Shown here piece after piece: positions 63,258 to 64,000 of a stretch of 64,000 bases of DNA. Positions within the stretch are counted from its first letter, which is position 1; every line of letters starts with the position of its first letter. The DNA is from Octopus sinensis (lineage: Eukaryota), in NCBI RefSeq assembly GCF_006345805.1, contig NC_043016.1, positions 18,476,001 to 18,540,000 of the forward strand, read 5' to 3'. Made by a program: the position numbers and the translations under genes. The notes under the pieces are model-generated. The model did not search any database and was not told the DNA's origin. It saw nothing but the letters and a program-made list of their open reading frames with translations.

Positions 63258-63358
63258 TTATCGAATTCGGATAGAAGGAATTTTAATACGTCAAGAATTT
63301 GGTACCGAGATGGAATGTGTGAAACCATCTTTAGGCTCAATTATACGAACAGCTACTG
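63258..63358 (+). CDS. INF2: Formin FH2 exon (YRIRIEGILIRQEFGTEMECVKPSLGSIIRTAT)
   Basis: Acceptor after a pyrimidine tract, cttgaag|T; donor G|gtaagt; 101 nt. Carries the FH2 YxxRIE...EF motif. Confidence 0.93.
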
Positions 63359-64000
63359 GTAAGTCCCTTTTTCTTTTTTCCGAATATTGATATTCTGTGT
63401 CAGTAAAAAACTAAATGGATATTTATGTTTTAGATGTTTTTGCACCCTGTAAAAGATATAGACTTAGAAAAATATACTCCGAAAATCTAGTCCAGTATCC
63501 CTCAGCTGAACTAATTCCATTAGCTACACTCAAGATTTCTCCATTCCTTCACAAAGCTTCTACACTTTATCTAGACTGTTAAAGCCGGAATAAGACCACT
63601 GGGCGCAGCTACTTGGACGTTGATGCTTTGGCATGGCTTGTTTTGGTGGTAGTACTTTTTGGCACTAGAGGCAGACAAACAAATGCACAGAACTGTACAT
63701 ATACAGATAGAGAAAGAGAGATGCTACATCTTATTAACTGAACCCAAGTGACATAAACACGTCCCTTTTACTCACACAAAGAGAAATAGATTCACACGAA
63801 TAAAAAGAGAGAACGACTGAAACATTGCAATGTTTAATGCCAATTAAGTATGCCAAAATATGTGCCAGAACGTCTCATACACTTCTATATTTAAGAGATG
63901 AAGAATTATGTACATTATTTATATTATTTACATTTGACGGATATTTGTCTTCATCTTGTTTCTTGTTAACCACAAGGCCATATTCCCTTGGACAAATGGC

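Larger units (their letters stand above)
37712..63358 (+). other. INF2: Span of INF2-type formin gene (partial, 7 exons found; 5' and 3' ends not in hand)
   Basis: Exon phases 0-1-2-0-0-0-2-1 chain into one ORF of 1726 nt. Domain order is DID, poly-Pro FH1, FH2. Motifs recall INF2 (YRF..RNEFIG; SLNVNIFLKQFK). Orthology versus paralogy is not resolved. Confidence 0.85.

Overview
This is AT-rich animal genomic DNA, very rich in microsatellites and SINEs. From memory, the two dominant SINE families look like octopus/cephalopod repeats; that is an inference, not a database result. One protein-coding gene is supported: an INF2-type formin (DID-FH1-FH2) on the + strand. It has seven GT-AG exons (37712-37871, 49282-49315, 52120-52264, 55285-56319, 58940-59104, 59929-60014, 63258-63358) whose phases splice into one open frame of 575 codons. 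I did not find its 5' exons, and the gene continues past the window. The rest is repeats: two abundant tRNA-derived SINE families (A and B) plus minor ones, three non-autonomous Helitrons, hAT MITEs, two CR1-type LINE 3' ends, several fold-back elements and local duplications. The most interesting signal is a set of minimal type I hammerhead ribozyme motifs. Two sit in a young ~810 bp palindrome built from a 361-nt monomer (2379-3247). Both have a U3-A8 core (UUGAAAA) and a palindromic helix III, the architecture of Penelope-like pLTRs and non-LTR retrozymes. A third U3-A8 motif lies in the loop of an unrelated fold-back, sense to a formin intron (59508-59544). Two more (1682-1716, 55049-55084) belong to a second family, and a further fold-back (25408-25688) has arms homologous to the 361-nt monomer. 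Together these suggest a system of small hairpin-shaped, ribozyme-bearing non-autonomous retroelements. No activity is shown here; all of this is read from sequence.
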